From Treponemataceae bacterium (GTDB lineage: Bacteria > Spirochaetota > Spirochaetia > Treponematales > Rectinemataceae): 64,000 nucleotides of DNA. Below are positions 47,222 through 57,664 of the stretch, in pieces. The stretch lies in assembly GCA_963678065.2 (NCBI GenBank), contig CAXXVZ010000002.1, forward strand, positions 640,001 to 704,000, read 5' to 3'. The position numbers and the translations under genes were made by a program. The notes under the pieces are model-generated. The model was not told where the DNA came from. It was given only the letters and a program-made list of their open reading frames with translations, and ran no database searches. Numbering within the stretch: the first letter of the stretch is position 1; every line of letters starts with the position of its first letter.

Positions 47222-47469
47222 TCGCTCCTCTTTTCCGTACTGGATACCGGGTTTTCCGGCTCCGGGTAACTGAACACATCTTCGATCCGCACGCCGAAGG
47301 CTCCGGCGATCTTGAAAGCCAGTTCCAATGACGGGCAGTATTTGCCGTTCTCGATGGTGATGATGGTCTGCCGGGTCACTCCCACTTTGGCCGCGAGTTC
47401 CTGCTGGGTCATTTCGTCCCCATCGAAGCGCAGCTTGCGTATCCGGTTCTGAACCCTGTGGCTGCCCAT
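47218..47469 (-). CDS. XRE-family HTH transcriptional regulator
   Basis: [32 protein letters not shown]. Confidence 0.92.
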   Translation of the reverse strand: MGSHRVQNRIRKLRFDGDEMTQQELAAKVGVTRQTIITIENGKYCPSLELAFKIAGAFGVRIEDVFSYPEPENPVSSTEKRSE

Positions 47470-47470
47470 G

Positions 47471-47917
47471 TCAGACTCCCCGCCGGTACATGACTAGCTG
47501 AGCCACATCCCCGACAAGGCCGGAAACGATCATCGCGGCGCCGATGGCGATCACCAGCGCATGGCCAGGCATGCCAAAGGCGAGGCAGGCCAGTCCAACC
47601 AACACACCAGCCATGAAGAGACCATACGACAGGCTGGTCGCCTTCAGGTCGATCAGCTTGTCCATCTCGTCCTCGAGGTCCACGGGTTCCGCGTTTGCGG
47701 TCACGTGGTGGACTACGGCAAAGACGATCACGGTGACCAGTCTGATAGCCACCTGCAGCGGAACATAGACCAGAGCGGCAATGGCCCAGAACACGAGATC
47801 GGCCGGGACCTGAACAATCCGGTCATGCCAGTTCAGCCACATGAACAAGAAGTACAATGCCGTAACCGCCACATTGCTCGCCAAGAATACGATGCCCCGC
47901 TTTTCCTGATACTGCAT
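47471..47917 (-). CDS. hypothetical membrane protein (XRE-associated)
   Basis: TM segments with [11 protein letters not shown]; ends YRRGV. Confidence 0.75.
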   Translation of the reverse strand: MQYQEKRGIVFLASNVAVTALYFLFMWLNWHDRIVQVPADLVFWAIAALVYVPLQVAIRLVTVIVFAVVHHVTANAEPVDLEDEMDKLIDLKATSLSYGLFMAGVLVGLACLAFGMPGHALVIAIGAAMIVSGLVGDVAQLVMYRRGV

Positions 47918-47945
47918 GTCTCGCCCCCAAAGCAATGTTTGTCGT

Positions 47946-47975
47946 ACATAATGTACAACATGTTTTACATTATGT
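47946..47975. promoter_or_regulatory. 30-bp near-perfect palindrome overlapping a minus-strand promoter; probable XRE operator
   Basis: ACATAATGTA-c-AACATGTT-t-TACATTATGT; TTGACA on the minus strand at 47973-47978. Confidence 0.7.
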
Positions 47976-48128
47976 CAATTGACTTTTTCTTTGTGTATGC
48001 ATTTTTTGTCATTCATCGGGGTGTTTTGGCCGTCCCGGCGCAGACGTAGGCGCTAGGTCTTCAGCGCGGCCGGTATTCCTGCATCGATATCGTCGACTTC
48101 AGGCGCGGGCGTGGCAGTACCCCGGCGC

Positions 48129-48617
48129 TCACAAAACTCCAAACCAGCGCGAAATCGCGTTTTTTCGATCCTCGGAAAAATCCCTCATCACAGTCTCGTA
48201 CAGCCAGCCCAGTGTCTTGCTCCGAAGATAGGCACGCATCTGTTCTTCTCCCTCGGCGATGACCACTTTGATCAGGCACGGGCATTTCGATGTATAGATC
48301 GACGGGTCATCCACCAGTACATTGGTTTTTCTGATTTCCGCGCACTGAAAGAGGGGCGAAGGCCCTTCTATGGCCTCGATGATATCCCAGAACGTGATGG
48401 CCTCGGGCTCGCGCGCCAATTCATAGCCACCACTGGCGCCGGGGGTCGATCGAACTATTCCCGCTTTTCGAAGTTTCGTGAAACTTTTCGAAAGATACGT
48501 TTCAGTCAGGCGGTTGAACTGGGCAAGCTCCTTGATTCCAACGAGCTTGCCTGCGGGCAGGCCCACTAAATAGAACAACGAGTGGAACGCATACTCCACA
48601 CCAACGCTAAATTGCAT
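48129..48617 (-). CDS. Rrf2-family transcriptional regulator
   Basis: FSVGVEYA, YLSK, PGASGGYELA, FQCAEIR...C.I. Confidence 0.9.
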   Translation of the reverse strand: MQFSVGVEYAFHSLFYLVGLPAGKLVGIKELAQFNRLTETYLSKSFTKLRKAGIVRSTPGASGGYELAREPEAITFWDIIEAIEGPSPLFQCAEIRKTNVLVDDPSIYTSKCPCLIKVVIAEGEEQMRAYLRSKTLGWLYETVMRDFSEDRKNAISRWFGVL

Positions 48618-48677
48618 AGCCCTCTCCCAATTACCGACATTAAATATCCGCGATAGAAGTATTTTATCGAATGGAGC

Positions 48678-48742
48678 TTGACAAAACAAGAGAGAAATAC
48701 CATAATCTCTATTATAGATATTGAATATCTATAATAGAGATT
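48678..48742 (+). promoter_or_regulatory. sigma70 promoter plus a perfect 39-bp palindromic operator (48704-48742)
   Basis: TTGACA-17-CATAAT; AATCTCTATTATAGATATT-g-AATATCTATAATAGAGATT. Confidence 0.8.
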
Positions 48743-48759
48743 TCAGAAGGAGTAACTGA

Positions 48760-49131
48760 ATGATCACTGAGAAATTGACCGAAGTTCTCGAACATGAAGG
48801 TGTGGTTTCCATAGTCTCATATGCCGATGGCGAGGCCCATGTCTGCAATACCTGGAACAGTTATCTTGTAGTTCAAGATGGAATGAAGCTTCTTGTTCCT
48901 GCATATGCCATGAGAAAAACCGAGAAGAACACCACGATAAATCCTGACATCCAAATGACTCTGGGAAGCAAAGAGGTCATGGGTTTCCGTTCGATGGGGG
49001 CAGGTTTTCTATTGACGGGAACAGCCCGGTTTCTCTCCGATGGACCGGAATGGCAGATGATGAAAGAAAAATTCTCCTTTCTGACTCGTGTTCTGGAAGT
49101 TACATTGACTTCAGTAAAACAGACGCTGTAG
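48760..49131 (+). CDS. pyridoxamine 5'-phosphate oxidase-like FMN-binding protein
   Basis: HEGVVSI...NTWNSY...TLGSKEV.G...GF...GTARF. Confidence 0.85.
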   Translation: MITEKLTEVLEHEGVVSIVSYADGEAHVCNTWNSYLVVQDGMKLLVPAYAMRKTEKNTTINPDIQMTLGSKEVMGFRSMGAGFLLTGTARFLSDGPEWQMMKEKFSFLTRVLEVTLTSVKQTL

Positions 49132-49251
49132 AACTCACCCCGGTCGCCACCAGGAGATCGGGCGGCCCCTGTAATTCCTCTTCAATGGACTCTCTCGTTC
49201 CAGGAACGGACACAAGGAATAGCGTCTATGGATCCTGTCGATCCGGACTTC

Positions 49252-49602
49252 CTATTTCAGCAGCCTCACGGCGTCCGCCAGATTCTTCACGAACAACACT
49301 TTCCCGGTGCGGTTGCTTTCGTAGATGAAATCTCGCAGACTTTTGCTTTCGACGTTTTCGAAATCGCCGAGTATGATCAGCCGTTTCCGGTAGTTGGATA
49401 CTTTCTGGAGAACCTCCCCCGCCATGCCCGTTTTCAGGTCGAAGAATTTTTCGGAGATGTCCGCCTTGTCGACTGAAATGGTGTTCGAGGGGGCGCTGAT
49501 GAGCGCATCGAAAAACTCCGAAGCTGTGTTCAGCTTTTCGCCGGCTTCGAATGCCAGGCTGGCGATGATTCCTTTTTCCGTTTCAGTTGTCTTTGTCGTC
49601 AC
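49252..49602 (-). CDS. DUF4180 family protein (second copy)
   Basis: Close paralogue of 30488-30838. Confidence 0.85.
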   Translation of the reverse strand: MTTKTTETEKGIIASLAFEAGEKLNTASEFFDALISAPSNTISVDKADISEKFFDLKTGMAGEVLQKVSNYRKRLIILGDFENVESKSLRDFIYESNRTGKVLFVKNLADAVRLLK

Positions 49603-49755
49603 TGCGGAATTCCTTTGCTTGTGCGAGATTCTGCCGGAGTTTCATTCCGGAAAAAATGGAATCCATTCGTTCCCGGCTCAAGGTTCCACTGTATGTTCCG
49701 ATCCGGTTTTTTTCAACCGCGGATACCTGGGCCACGATGACGACACTCCGTTTTT
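49583..49755 (-). pseudogene. 3' fragment of a PemK/MazF-like gene
   Basis: Nucleotide match to 30819-30990; 5' part missing. Confidence 0.75.
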
Positions 49756-49932
49756 TATGGATTCGAATAGAAAAACGCCCATTTCGCGGCCAGGCAGCCG
49801 GATTATCCCGGCCCCGGATGATTGACAGCCCTTCTCCGCTTTTTTATCTTTCACCTTCAGCCATGGGCCAGCGAGGGGACTGCAGCCGCGGTGGAGTCCC
49901 CTCGCTGGCCCTACGGACCGACCGGAGGACAG

Positions 49933-50616
49933 GTGAAACGCTACGAAGTTCTTTTTCTGGATGCGGACGAAACGCTTTTCGACTTCAGGAAGACCGAGGC
50001 GCAGGCTTTCGGGCACTCCTTCGCGGAGTTCGGCCTCGTCTTTTCGCCGGAGATTTTCGGCGCCTACGAGATCATCAACAGGGCGCTGTGGAAGAAGCTG
50101 GAGCGGGGCGAGACGACGCAGGAGAGGCTCAAGGTGGAGCGTTTCGAGCTTCTGTTCCGGGAAGTCGGGATCGAGGTCGATCCGGCCGTCTTCTGTGCGG
50201 TTTTCGTCCGCTGGCTCGGCGCAGGTTCCTTCCTCCTTCCGGGGGCGCAGGAACTCTGCGAGTACTTGGGCGCGCGCTACAGGCTCGCCATCGTCACGAA
50301 CGGGATCGCCCAGGTGCAGCGCGCGAGATTCGAGGCTTCGTCGATCCGCCGCTTCGTCGAGGCGATCGTGATTTCCGAGGAAGTGAGTTGCTCCAAACCG
50401 GGTGCGGAAATTTTCCGGCACGCCTGCGAGGCCATGGCCTTTTTCAACAAAGCCGGGATCCTGATGATCGGCGACTCGCTCGCCTCGGACATCCAGGGCG
50501 GTGTCAATTTCGGTATCGACACCTGCTGGCTCAATCCCTCTGGCGAGCTCCGGAGCGGCGATCCGGAGCCCACTTACGAAGTCCGGAGCCTCGAAGAGAT
50601 CGGCCGGCTCCTGTAA
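49933..50616 (+). CDS. YjjG-family HAD pyrimidine nucleotidase
   Basis: FLDADETLFDF, IVTNG, SKP, IGDSLASDIQG; GTG after GGAGG. Confidence 0.9.
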   Translation: MKRYEVLFLDADETLFDFRKTEAQAFGHSFAEFGLVFSPEIFGAYEIINRALWKKLERGETTQERLKVERFELLFREVGIEVDPAVFCAVFVRWLGAGSFLLPGAQELCEYLGARYRLAIVTNGIAQVQRARFEASSIRRFVEAIVISEEVSCSKPGAEIFRHACEAMAFFNKAGILMIGDSLASDIQGGVNFGIDTCWLNPSGELRSGDPEPTYEVRSLEEIGRLL

Positions 50617-50740
50617 TTCCCCTTCTAACCGGCGAAATAGCGCGCCGAAGCTGACTCCCGCACATCCCGCGCGGTATCTTGTACACTGCGTCGACGGGCG
50701 ATCCAGGATCGGCTCGCGGGAAGCGCAGGAGAATAATGTC

Positions 50741-51985
50741 GTGACAGAAAGGAACTGGAAAAAAGATATCACTATCTTTGTGGGGAGCCAGGCTCTCTCC
50801 ATGCTCGGATCCATGCTCGTGCAGTACGCGATCATGTGGCACATCACTCTGACGGCCAAGTCGGGCACGATGCAGATGATCGCCATCATCTGCGGCATCC
50901 TGCCGACTTTCTTCATATCGCCCTTCGCGGGAGTCTGGGCCGACCGCTACGACCGCAAGCTCCTCATCATGCTCTCGGACTCGATGATCGCTCTCACAAC
51001 CCTCGTTGTCGCCGTCCTCTACATTACAGGACACGGTAGCATCGGCCTCTTGTTCGTCGCCTCGGCGATCCGCGCAGTGGGCCAGGGAATACAGTCGCCA
51101 TCGGTGGGCGCCTTCCTTCCGCAGATGGTCCCCGAGGAGAACCTCACGAAGGTGAACGCGGCCAACGGGAGCATCCAGTCGGCCATCATGCTCATCGCGC
51201 CCATGGTTGCGGGAGCCCTCCTCACGGTATCGACGATCGAAGCGATCTTCTTCATCGATGTCTCCACCGCGGCGATCGCCGTGGGAATCCTCCTCTTCGG
51301 ACTCAAAGTGCCGCCCCACGAGAGAGCCCTCTCCAAGGTCACCGTGAGCTACTTCCACGACCTCCGCGAGGGCTTCGTCTACATCGCCCGGCACCCCTAC
51401 GTGAAGCGCTTCTTCGTCTTCTGCGCCTGCTTCTTCTTCTCCGCCGCCCCGGTGGCCTTTCTCACCCCCCTCCAGGTGACCCGCTCATTCGGCTCCGAAG
51501 TCTGGAGGCTCACAGCCATCGAGATCGCCTTTTCCTCGGGCATGATCGCGGGAGGCGTCGTCATGGGAACCTGGGGCGGCCTGAAGAACAGGATCCACAC
51601 CATGGCCCTCGCGAGCTTCGGGATCGGGGCCATGACTTTCGCCCTCGGCCTTGTGCCGGTCTTCTGGATCTACCTCGCCCTCATGGCGATCACTGGGGTG
51701 ACCATGCCGCTCTTCAACACTCCGGCGACCGTCCTTTTGCAGGAGAAGGTCGAGCCCGAGTTCCGCGGCCGCGTCTTTGGCGTTATGGGCATGATATCGA
51801 GCATCATGATGCCCGCGGGCATGCTCATCTTCGGTCCCGTCGCCGACATCGTCCGGATCGAGTGGCTCCTCGTGGGATCGGGGATCGCGATTTTCGTCCT
51901 CGGGTTCATGCTGATCGGGAGTCGCACCCTGGTGGCCGCTGGGAGGAAGGCGGATGTCCTGGACGTGAACGCTGCCGGGCGCTGA
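50741..51985 (+). CDS. MFS transporter (DHA3/MefA-like)
   Basis: SQALSMLGSMLVQYAIMW, GVWADRYDRK, FRGRVFG. Confidence 0.88.
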   Translation: MTERNWKKDITIFVGSQALSMLGSMLVQYAIMWHITLTAKSGTMQMIAIICGILPTFFISPFAGVWADRYDRKLLIMLSDSMIALTTLVVAVLYITGHGSIGLLFVASAIRAVGQGIQSPSVGAFLPQMVPEENLTKVNAANGSIQSAIMLIAPMVAGALLTVSTIEAIFFIDVSTAAIAVGILLFGLKVPPHERALSKVTVSYFHDLREGFVYIARHPYVKRFFVFCACFFFSAAPVAFLTPLQVTRSFGSEVWRLTAIEIAFSSGMIAGGVVMGTWGGLKNRIHTMALASFGIGAMTFALGLVPVFWIYLALMAITGVTMPLFNTPATVLLQEKVEPEFRGRVFGVMGMISSIMMPAGMLIFGPVADIVRIEWLLVGSGIAIFVLGFMLIGSRTLVAAGRKADVLDVNAAGR

Positions 51986-52094
51986 TAGGGAAACCTCGCT
52001 CCTGTTCCTTCGCTCGTGTTCCTGCATTCCGTATTGTGTCCTCATTGCGCCCGTGGTAGGCTTGCCTGTGGCTTGTGCTTCATGGAGGTGCGCC

Positions 52095-53405
52095 ATGCAG
52101 ATGCCGGGGTATTCGATACGGATCGTCCCGCAGATCGCGGCCACTGTCGCGCTCTGTCTGATCGCGCTGTCGTTTCAGGGCTGTGCAAAGAAGGAGCCCA
52201 CCCCCGGCGCGGATGCGAAAATCACCCTCGAGTTCATCAGCTGGCGGACTGAGGACATCGAGCGGATGAACCGCATCAACTCTCTCTTCACCAAAACACA
52301 TCCGGACATCGCTATCGACTTCCAGCCGATAAGCGACACGGAGTATGACGCGCAGATGCGCACCCGCTTCGAGACAGGGACCGGGGCGGACATCGTCTTC
52401 CTGCGCTCCTACGATTCCGGCCGCGCCATCTACGAGGGAGGCTGGCTCTACGATCTCACCGCGGTCATCCCCGGCCTGGACAAATTTCCCGCACCGGCCG
52501 TCGCGGCCTGGTCCACCGAAGACGGCGTGACCTACGCCGTGCCTTCCGTGGGCGTCACCCACGGCATCTACTACAACAAAGCCATTTTCGACAGACACGG
52601 CCTCGTCGAACCCGCGACCTGGGACGAGTTCATCGCCACCTGCGAGACTCTCCGCAAAGCCGGCGAGATCGTTTTCGCCCAGGGGACTATGGACGAGTGG
52701 ACCCTCTACGAGGTCCTCTTCTCCGGCCTTGGCGCGAACTTCTACGGCGGAGAGAAAGCGCGCCGGGACCTCATGGCCGGCAAGGTGCGGCTCACGGATC
52801 CCGCCTTCGTCTCGGCCTTCGAGGCCATCGCCTCCCTCCGCAAGTATCTGCCCGATGGCTACGAGGCCCTGGATTATGTGAGCATGCAGCAGCTTTTCGG
52901 GTCCACCAAGGCCGCCATGTTCATAGGCGGCTCCTGGGAAATCGGCCTCTTCGAGGACCTTGGGCTGGACTCAGGCAAGATCGGTTGGTTCGCTCCGCCT
53001 GTACCCCGCGCCGGAGACCGGCTCAGGTACTGCTTCCAAGTGGACGCGGGCATCGGGCTCAACAAGGCCTCCAAAAACCTCAAAGCAGCCCTGGAGTACA
53101 TCAAGTGGGTCTCCGGCCCTGAATACGCCGCGGCGATCATGAACGAACTGCCGGGATTCTTTTCCTTCACCCCCGACGCGGGCTTTCCTGCCAATCCCCT
53201 GGCTCGAGACATGTACGACGCGACCCGCGACGCGGACAATACGGTGCGCCCCCTCTGGGAAAAGCTCAGCGCCCGCTCCCCCAGCGGCAACGAACTCATG
53301 GGCTTCGCACTCTCGAGCATGATGGTCGGCACCTACACGCCCGCACAGGCTGCGGGCTACGTGCAGGACCAGCTGTCCACCTGGTACCCGGCCTTCAGGA
53401 AATAG
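52095..53405 (+). CDS. sugar ABC transporter substrate-binding lipoprotein
   Basis: Lipobox-like FQGC; YAVP...GIYYNKAIF...PATWDEF. Confidence 0.88.
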   Translation: MQMPGYSIRIVPQIAATVALCLIALSFQGCAKKEPTPGADAKITLEFISWRTEDIERMNRINSLFTKTHPDIAIDFQPISDTEYDAQMRTRFETGTGADIVFLRSYDSGRAIYEGGWLYDLTAVIPGLDKFPAPAVAAWSTEDGVTYAVPSVGVTHGIYYNKAIFDRHGLVEPATWDEFIATCETLRKAGEIVFAQGTMDEWTLYEVLFSGLGANFYGGEKARRDLMAGKVRLTDPAFVSAFEAIASLRKYLPDGYEALDYVSMQQLFGSTKAAMFIGGSWEIGLFEDLGLDSGKIGWFAPPVPRAGDRLRYCFQVDAGIGLNKASKNLKAALEYIKWVSGPEYAAAIMNELPGFFSFTPDAGFPANPLARDMYDATRDADNTVRPLWEKLSARSPSGNELMGFALSSMMVGTYTPAQAAGYVQDQLSTWYPAFRK

Positions 53406-53414
53406 GAGGTTTCC

Positions 53415-54338
53415 GTGCACCAACGCGCAAAACGACGGAGAAACGCGGCCAGGAGCAGCCTGGACAATCCCGGAGGGTTTCTGTTCAAGGCCGCCTTCCT
53501 CCTGCCCGCTGTACTCGTCTATACGGTCATTCTCCTTCTGCCCATCCTGGATTCCCTGCGCCTGAGCTTCTATACAGGTGGGGGTCTTGCACCCGCGGAA
53601 TTCACGGGCTTCGCGAACTACATCGCGATATTCAAGGAGTCCGCGTTCAGGGAGCGGGTGTTCGGCGCCTTCGGAAACAATCTCCTCTTCTTCGTCATGG
53701 TCACCCTCGCTCAGAACGTCCTCGGCCTCCTCGTGGCCTGGGCGGTCACCCGGAAGATGCGGGGCGCAGGCTTTCTCAGGAAGGTGAGTTTTCTGCCCAC
53801 CACCCTCTCGGTGCTGGTCGTGGGCTTTCTCTTCAAGCAGATGCTCAATCCCGTATGGGGCATGTTCGGAACCTTCCCCTGGCTGGGGAACGAGAGCACC
53901 GCCCTTCCCGTACTTGCCCTGGCGGTGAGCTGGCAATTCATCGGGGAGTCTGTGCTTCTCTACACCGCCGGCATCGACGCTATCCCCGGGGAACTCCTAG
54001 AGGCCGCACACATCGATGGCGCCTCCTGGTTCGTCGAGCTCAGGAGCATCATCCTGCCCTCGCTCAAGCCCATAATCGGCCTCGTGACTCTCCTCATCTT
54101 CGTGGGAGACTTCACCCAGTTCGACATCGTGTACGCCATGACCACCACGATGGCCAATCCCCGTTTCAGGACGGACCTCTTCGGCTCCCTCTTCTACCGC
54201 ACGGCTTTCTCCAGTCCCGTTCGGGGTGGCTGGGGAATGGGCATGGGCGCCGCCGTGTCGACGATCATGCTGCTCGTGGTGAGTATGGGCGTGGCTCTCT
54301 GGTACTATGTTTTCAAAGTCCGGAACAGGGAGGACTGA
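53415..54338 (+). CDS. carbohydrate ABC permease
   Basis: EAA loop ELLEAAHIDGAS. Confidence 0.9.
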   Translation: MHQRAKRRRNAARSSLDNPGGFLFKAAFLLPAVLVYTVILLLPILDSLRLSFYTGGGLAPAEFTGFANYIAIFKESAFRERVFGAFGNNLLFFVMVTLAQNVLGLLVAWAVTRKMRGAGFLRKVSFLPTTLSVLVVGFLFKQMLNPVWGMFGTFPWLGNESTALPVLALAVSWQFIGESVLLYTAGIDAIPGELLEAAHIDGASWFVELRSIILPSLKPIIGLVTLLIFVGDFTQFDIVYAMTTTMANPRFRTDLFGSLFYRTAFSSPVRGGWGMGMGAAVSTIMLLVVSMGVALWYYVFKVRNRED

Positions 54339-54339
54339 C

Positions 54340-55170
54340 ATGAGAAACCGCACCGTCGCCCCGAGAATCCTGTTCTATCTCTTCATGGCCGTCTACCTTG
54401 TCGCGATTTTCTACCCCATCTACCTCATGGTGGTGACATCGCTGAAGCCCAACGCGGAAATTTTCACAAATCCATTCGGGCTTCCCCGGAATCTCCACCT
54501 GAAAAACTATGCCACCATGCTGGAGCGCTCGCACTATCCGCAGTATTTCCTCAACAGCCTCTCAGTCGTGGTCTTTTCATCCCTCATCGTGCTTCTCTGC
54601 TCCGCTCCGGCCTCCTACATCCTGGCCAAGTACCGCTTCAGGGGTTCGGGATTTCTCTACGCCTTCTTCGTGGCCGGACTCATCATCCCCATCAAACTGG
54701 GCACGATCTCGATCCTCAGGCTCATGATCGGGTGGGGCATCAACGACAGCATCTTGTCAGTGATTCTTGTGAACGCGGCCACGGGCATACCCTTCGGAAT
54801 CTTCATCCTCACGGACTTCATACGCATGATTCCCGATGAGCTCAGCGCGGCGGGGCGGATCGACGGCTGCGCAGAGGCTTCCATTTTCACCCGCATCATC
54901 CTGCCGCTGCTGCTCCCGGCCGTGGCCTCGGTGATCATCGTGAATTTCATTCCCATGTGGAACGATTTCTGGTTCCCTCTGGTGCTCCTGCGCTCGGACC
55001 ACGCGAAAACCGTCCCCCTGGCTACGGCTCTCCTGTTCGGGCAGTACCAGACCAATTTCGGCTACGTGTTCGCAGTGCTCACCATGGCTACGGTGCCCGT
55101 GGTGCTCGCCTACCTCTTCTTCTCCAAGTGGTTCGTCAAGGGACTCACCGAAGGAAGTCTTAAGGGATGA
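54340..55170 (+). CDS. carbohydrate ABC permease
   Basis: IPDELSAAGRIDGC, WNDFWFP. Confidence 0.9.
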   Translation: MRNRTVAPRILFYLFMAVYLVAIFYPIYLMVVTSLKPNAEIFTNPFGLPRNLHLKNYATMLERSHYPQYFLNSLSVVVFSSLIVLLCSAPASYILAKYRFRGSGFLYAFFVAGLIIPIKLGTISILRLMIGWGINDSILSVILVNAATGIPFGIFILTDFIRMIPDELSAAGRIDGCAEASIFTRIILPLLLPAVASVIIVNFIPMWNDFWFPLVLLRSDHAKTVPLATALLFGQYQTNFGYVFAVLTMATVPVVLAYLFFSKWFVKGLTEGSLKG

Positions 55171-55179
55171 CCGCGCCGC

Positions 55180-55839
55180 TCAGCGCTTCGACGCGAGCGG
55201 CACCCCGAGGGCGACGAGATCGCGGCGCAGGGTGTCCGCGTCGACGAAGAGCCGCGCCTCGATGCCCAGATCGCGCGCAACGTCGACGTTGTCGGCGTTG
55301 TCATCCGTGAAGAAGGCGTTTTCGGGTTCGACGCCCTCGGCTTCGAGGATGGCGAGCCAGAAGACCGGGTCCGGTTTGGAAAAGCCGATCTCGTTTGAAG
55401 CGTAGACCGCCTGGAAGCCTTCGTAGAATCCGAGGCGGCGGTTCTTTTCGTGGTGGCAGTCGATCGTGTTGGTGCCGCCCACGACGCGCGCCGCGCGCGT
55501 GTTTCGCCCCGAGGCCACGCCTACGCCCCCGGCGGAAGCGATGGCGTAGGAGGCCGGCAGCGCCGCGAGTTCGCGCACGAGCTCGAAGCTTTCGGCGATC
55601 GGCGTCGGGTTGAACAGAGTATCCCAGTAGTTCTCCGCCACCTCGATGCCTGTCCGCGCCGTGAACAGGCGCCAGTATTCCGCGGAGTCGATGCGACCGC
55701 AGGAAAAGTCGTTCATATTGGGCACGAGGAGAGGACGAAGCTCTTCTTGGCTCATGCCCATGGCAGCCGCCATATCCGGAAGAACCAGGAAGTTGCGGAT
55801 CATGACGCCGCCCTCGTCGAAGATAAAAAGATCGATCAC
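55180..55839 (-). CDS. HAD-family phosphatase (YihX-like)
   Basis: GTG start; FIFDEGGV, GTN, SKPDP, FTDDNADNV. Confidence 0.82.
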   Translation of the reverse strand: MIDLFIFDEGGVMIRNFLVLPDMAAAMGMSQEELRPLLVPNMNDFSCGRIDSAEYWRLFTARTGIEVAENYWDTLFNPTPIAESFELVRELAALPASYAIASAGGVGVASGRNTRAARVVGGTNTIDCHHEKNRRLGFYEGFQAVYASNEIGFSKPDPVFWLAILEAEGVEPENAFFTDDNADNVDVARDLGIEARLFVDADTLRRDLVALGVPLASKR

Positions 55840-56756
55840 GATTTGCTCCCGCCGTAGACGGCCGCGCCGCCCAGGAAGTATTTGGACATGGTGAAAAAGA
55901 GCGCGAAGACAGGGATCGATGCGATGACGGCGACGGCCATCATCGCCCCCTCGTCTGAGGAGAGTTCCGCCGTGAACTTCACGATGTAGGTCGGTATGGT
56001 CTTGAGCTCGTCGCGCTGGGCGATGAGCAGCGGCCAGAGGAGGTTGTCCCACTGGCCCCGGAAGGCCAGGATGGCCAGCGTCGCTATGGCGGGCCCCGCG
56101 TTCTTGAAGACGATCTTCGCGAAGATGCCGGGCTCCGAGCAGCCGTCGATGCGCGCCGCGTCGAGGAGTTCCTCGGGGAAGCCGAGGAGATACTGGCGCA
56201 TGAGGAAGACGCCGAAAGCGCTCGTGAGGAAGGGCATGATGAGGCCTGCGTAGCTGTCCTGGAGGCCGAGTCTGACCGCCGTCAGGAAAAGCGGAATCAT
56301 GATCGCCTCGAAGGGGATCATCATCGTCGCCATGATGCCCATGAAGACGATGTTCCTGCCCTTGAACTTGAACTTGGCGAGTCCGTAGCCCGCCGCCGAG
56401 GCCAGACAAACCGAGGAGATGGCGACCGATACCGCCACGATGAGAGAGTTCATGATGTTGCGCAGGTACATGTACGAGCCGTCCGCTCCCGCGATGGCCT
56501 TGTAGTAGTTGGACCACTTCGGCTCTCTCGGTATCCAGGGATAAGGCATGGAGATGATGTCCGAAGCCGGCATGAGGGAAGCGCCGATCATGAAGACCAG
56601 CGGCATGATCGCAATTCCGCAGACAACGAGGAGGGCGACCGTCGTCGCGACGGAGGCCGCGCGCGCGCGGGTGAATGCGGTGCGACGGCGCCTCGGATGC
56701 GGCGCGGTCGTGACAGGGGAGCCGCCTGTGCCGGGGCCTGTTTTCGTCGCGCTCAT
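55836..56756 (-). CDS. carbohydrate ABC permease
   Basis: FPEELLDAARIDGC, WDNLLWP. Confidence 0.9.
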   Translation of the reverse strand: MSATKTGPGTGGSPVTTAPHPRRRRTAFTRARAASVATTVALLVVCGIAIMPLVFMIGASLMPASDIISMPYPWIPREPKWSNYYKAIAGADGSYMYLRNIMNSLIVAVSVAISSVCLASAAGYGLAKFKFKGRNIVFMGIMATMMIPFEAIMIPLFLTAVRLGLQDSYAGLIMPFLTSAFGVFLMRQYLLGFPEELLDAARIDGCSEPGIFAKIVFKNAGPAIATLAILAFRGQWDNLLWPLLIAQRDELKTIPTYIVKFTAELSSDEGAMMAVAVIASIPVFALFFTMSKYFLGGAAVYGGSKS

Positions 56757-57664
56757 GCTTCGGCCTCCTTCGAGTCGGAGGCTCTGATCTGCAGCCAGGA
56801 CAGCAGGAGAAGGGCCAGGAAGAGGATGATGCTCATGACGCTCGCCTTGCCGAGGTTGTGCTCGTTGAGGACCGTGTTGTAGATGGCGAGAGTGAGCACG
56901 TTCATCGGCCCTATCGGGGCGCCGCGCTGGGTGAAAAGGTACTGGGTCGAGAAGGTTTTCAGGGTTCCGATCACGATCATGACGGAGACGAGGGCTATCG
57001 TGGGCCGCAGGAGCGGCAGGGTGATGCGGAAAAACCGCTGGATCGCCGAGGCGCCGTCTATCGTCGCGGCCTCGTTCACGCTGTCGGGGATCTTGCCGAT
57101 GCCTGTGACGAAGAGGATCACGTAGTAGCCGACGAGCTTCCAGACGTAGACGAGCATCGTCGAAATCTGGGCCATCGTCGAATCGGCCAGCCAGCGGTGG
57201 TCGATTCCCGGGGTTCCCATAAGTCCGTTCAAAAACTGGTTGGCGAGTCCCCGCGGGTCGAACATGAGGAGCCAGACCGAGGCCGTGACGACAGAGGAGA
57301 GTATGGCGGGAGAGTAAAGGGCCATCTGGTAGACGCGCCTCGCCCGCTTCCGCGATGAGACGAGGACGGCCACGACGAGGGAGATCGTGAAGAGCGGGAT
57401 GAAGACACCGACCGCGAAGGTAGCGGAGGCCCTGACCGAGTTCCAGAAATCGGGCGAGGCCAGGACCTTCTGGTAGTTCTGGAGGCCGATGAACTTCGGC
57501 GGTTTCAGCGAGAGCAGCTTCTTGTTGTGGAAGCTGGTCCAGATGGCGGTGAGCATGGGGTAGAGCGAGAAGGTCATGAAGAAGAGCACCGTCGGAGCGA
57601 CGAAGAACCAGCCCCAGCGCGCCCGGACGCGCTCGAGAGATTTCTTCCTGCCTGTCGTTTTCAT
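56753..57664 (-). CDS. carbohydrate ABC permease
   Basis: EAATIDGAS...RITLPLLRP. Confidence 0.9.
   Translation of the reverse strand: MKTTGRKKSLERVRARWGWFFVAPTVLFFMTFSLYPMLTAIWTSFHNKKLLSLKPPKFIGLQNYQKVLASPDFWNSVRASATFAVGVFIPLFTISLVVAVLVSSRKRARRVYQMALYSPAILSSVVTASVWLLMFDPRGLANQFLNGLMGTPGIDHRWLADSTMAQISTMLVYVWKLVGYYVILFVTGIGKIPDSVNEAATIDGASAIQRFFRITLPLLRPTIALVSVMIVIGTLKTFSTQYLFTQRGAPIGPMNVLTLAIYNTVLNEHNLGKASVMSIILFLALLLLSWLQIRASDSKEAEA

Noticed and set aside
50741..51985. mef(A) macrolide resistance call
   Set aside because: Only family-level similarity is visible; substrate cannot be inferred.
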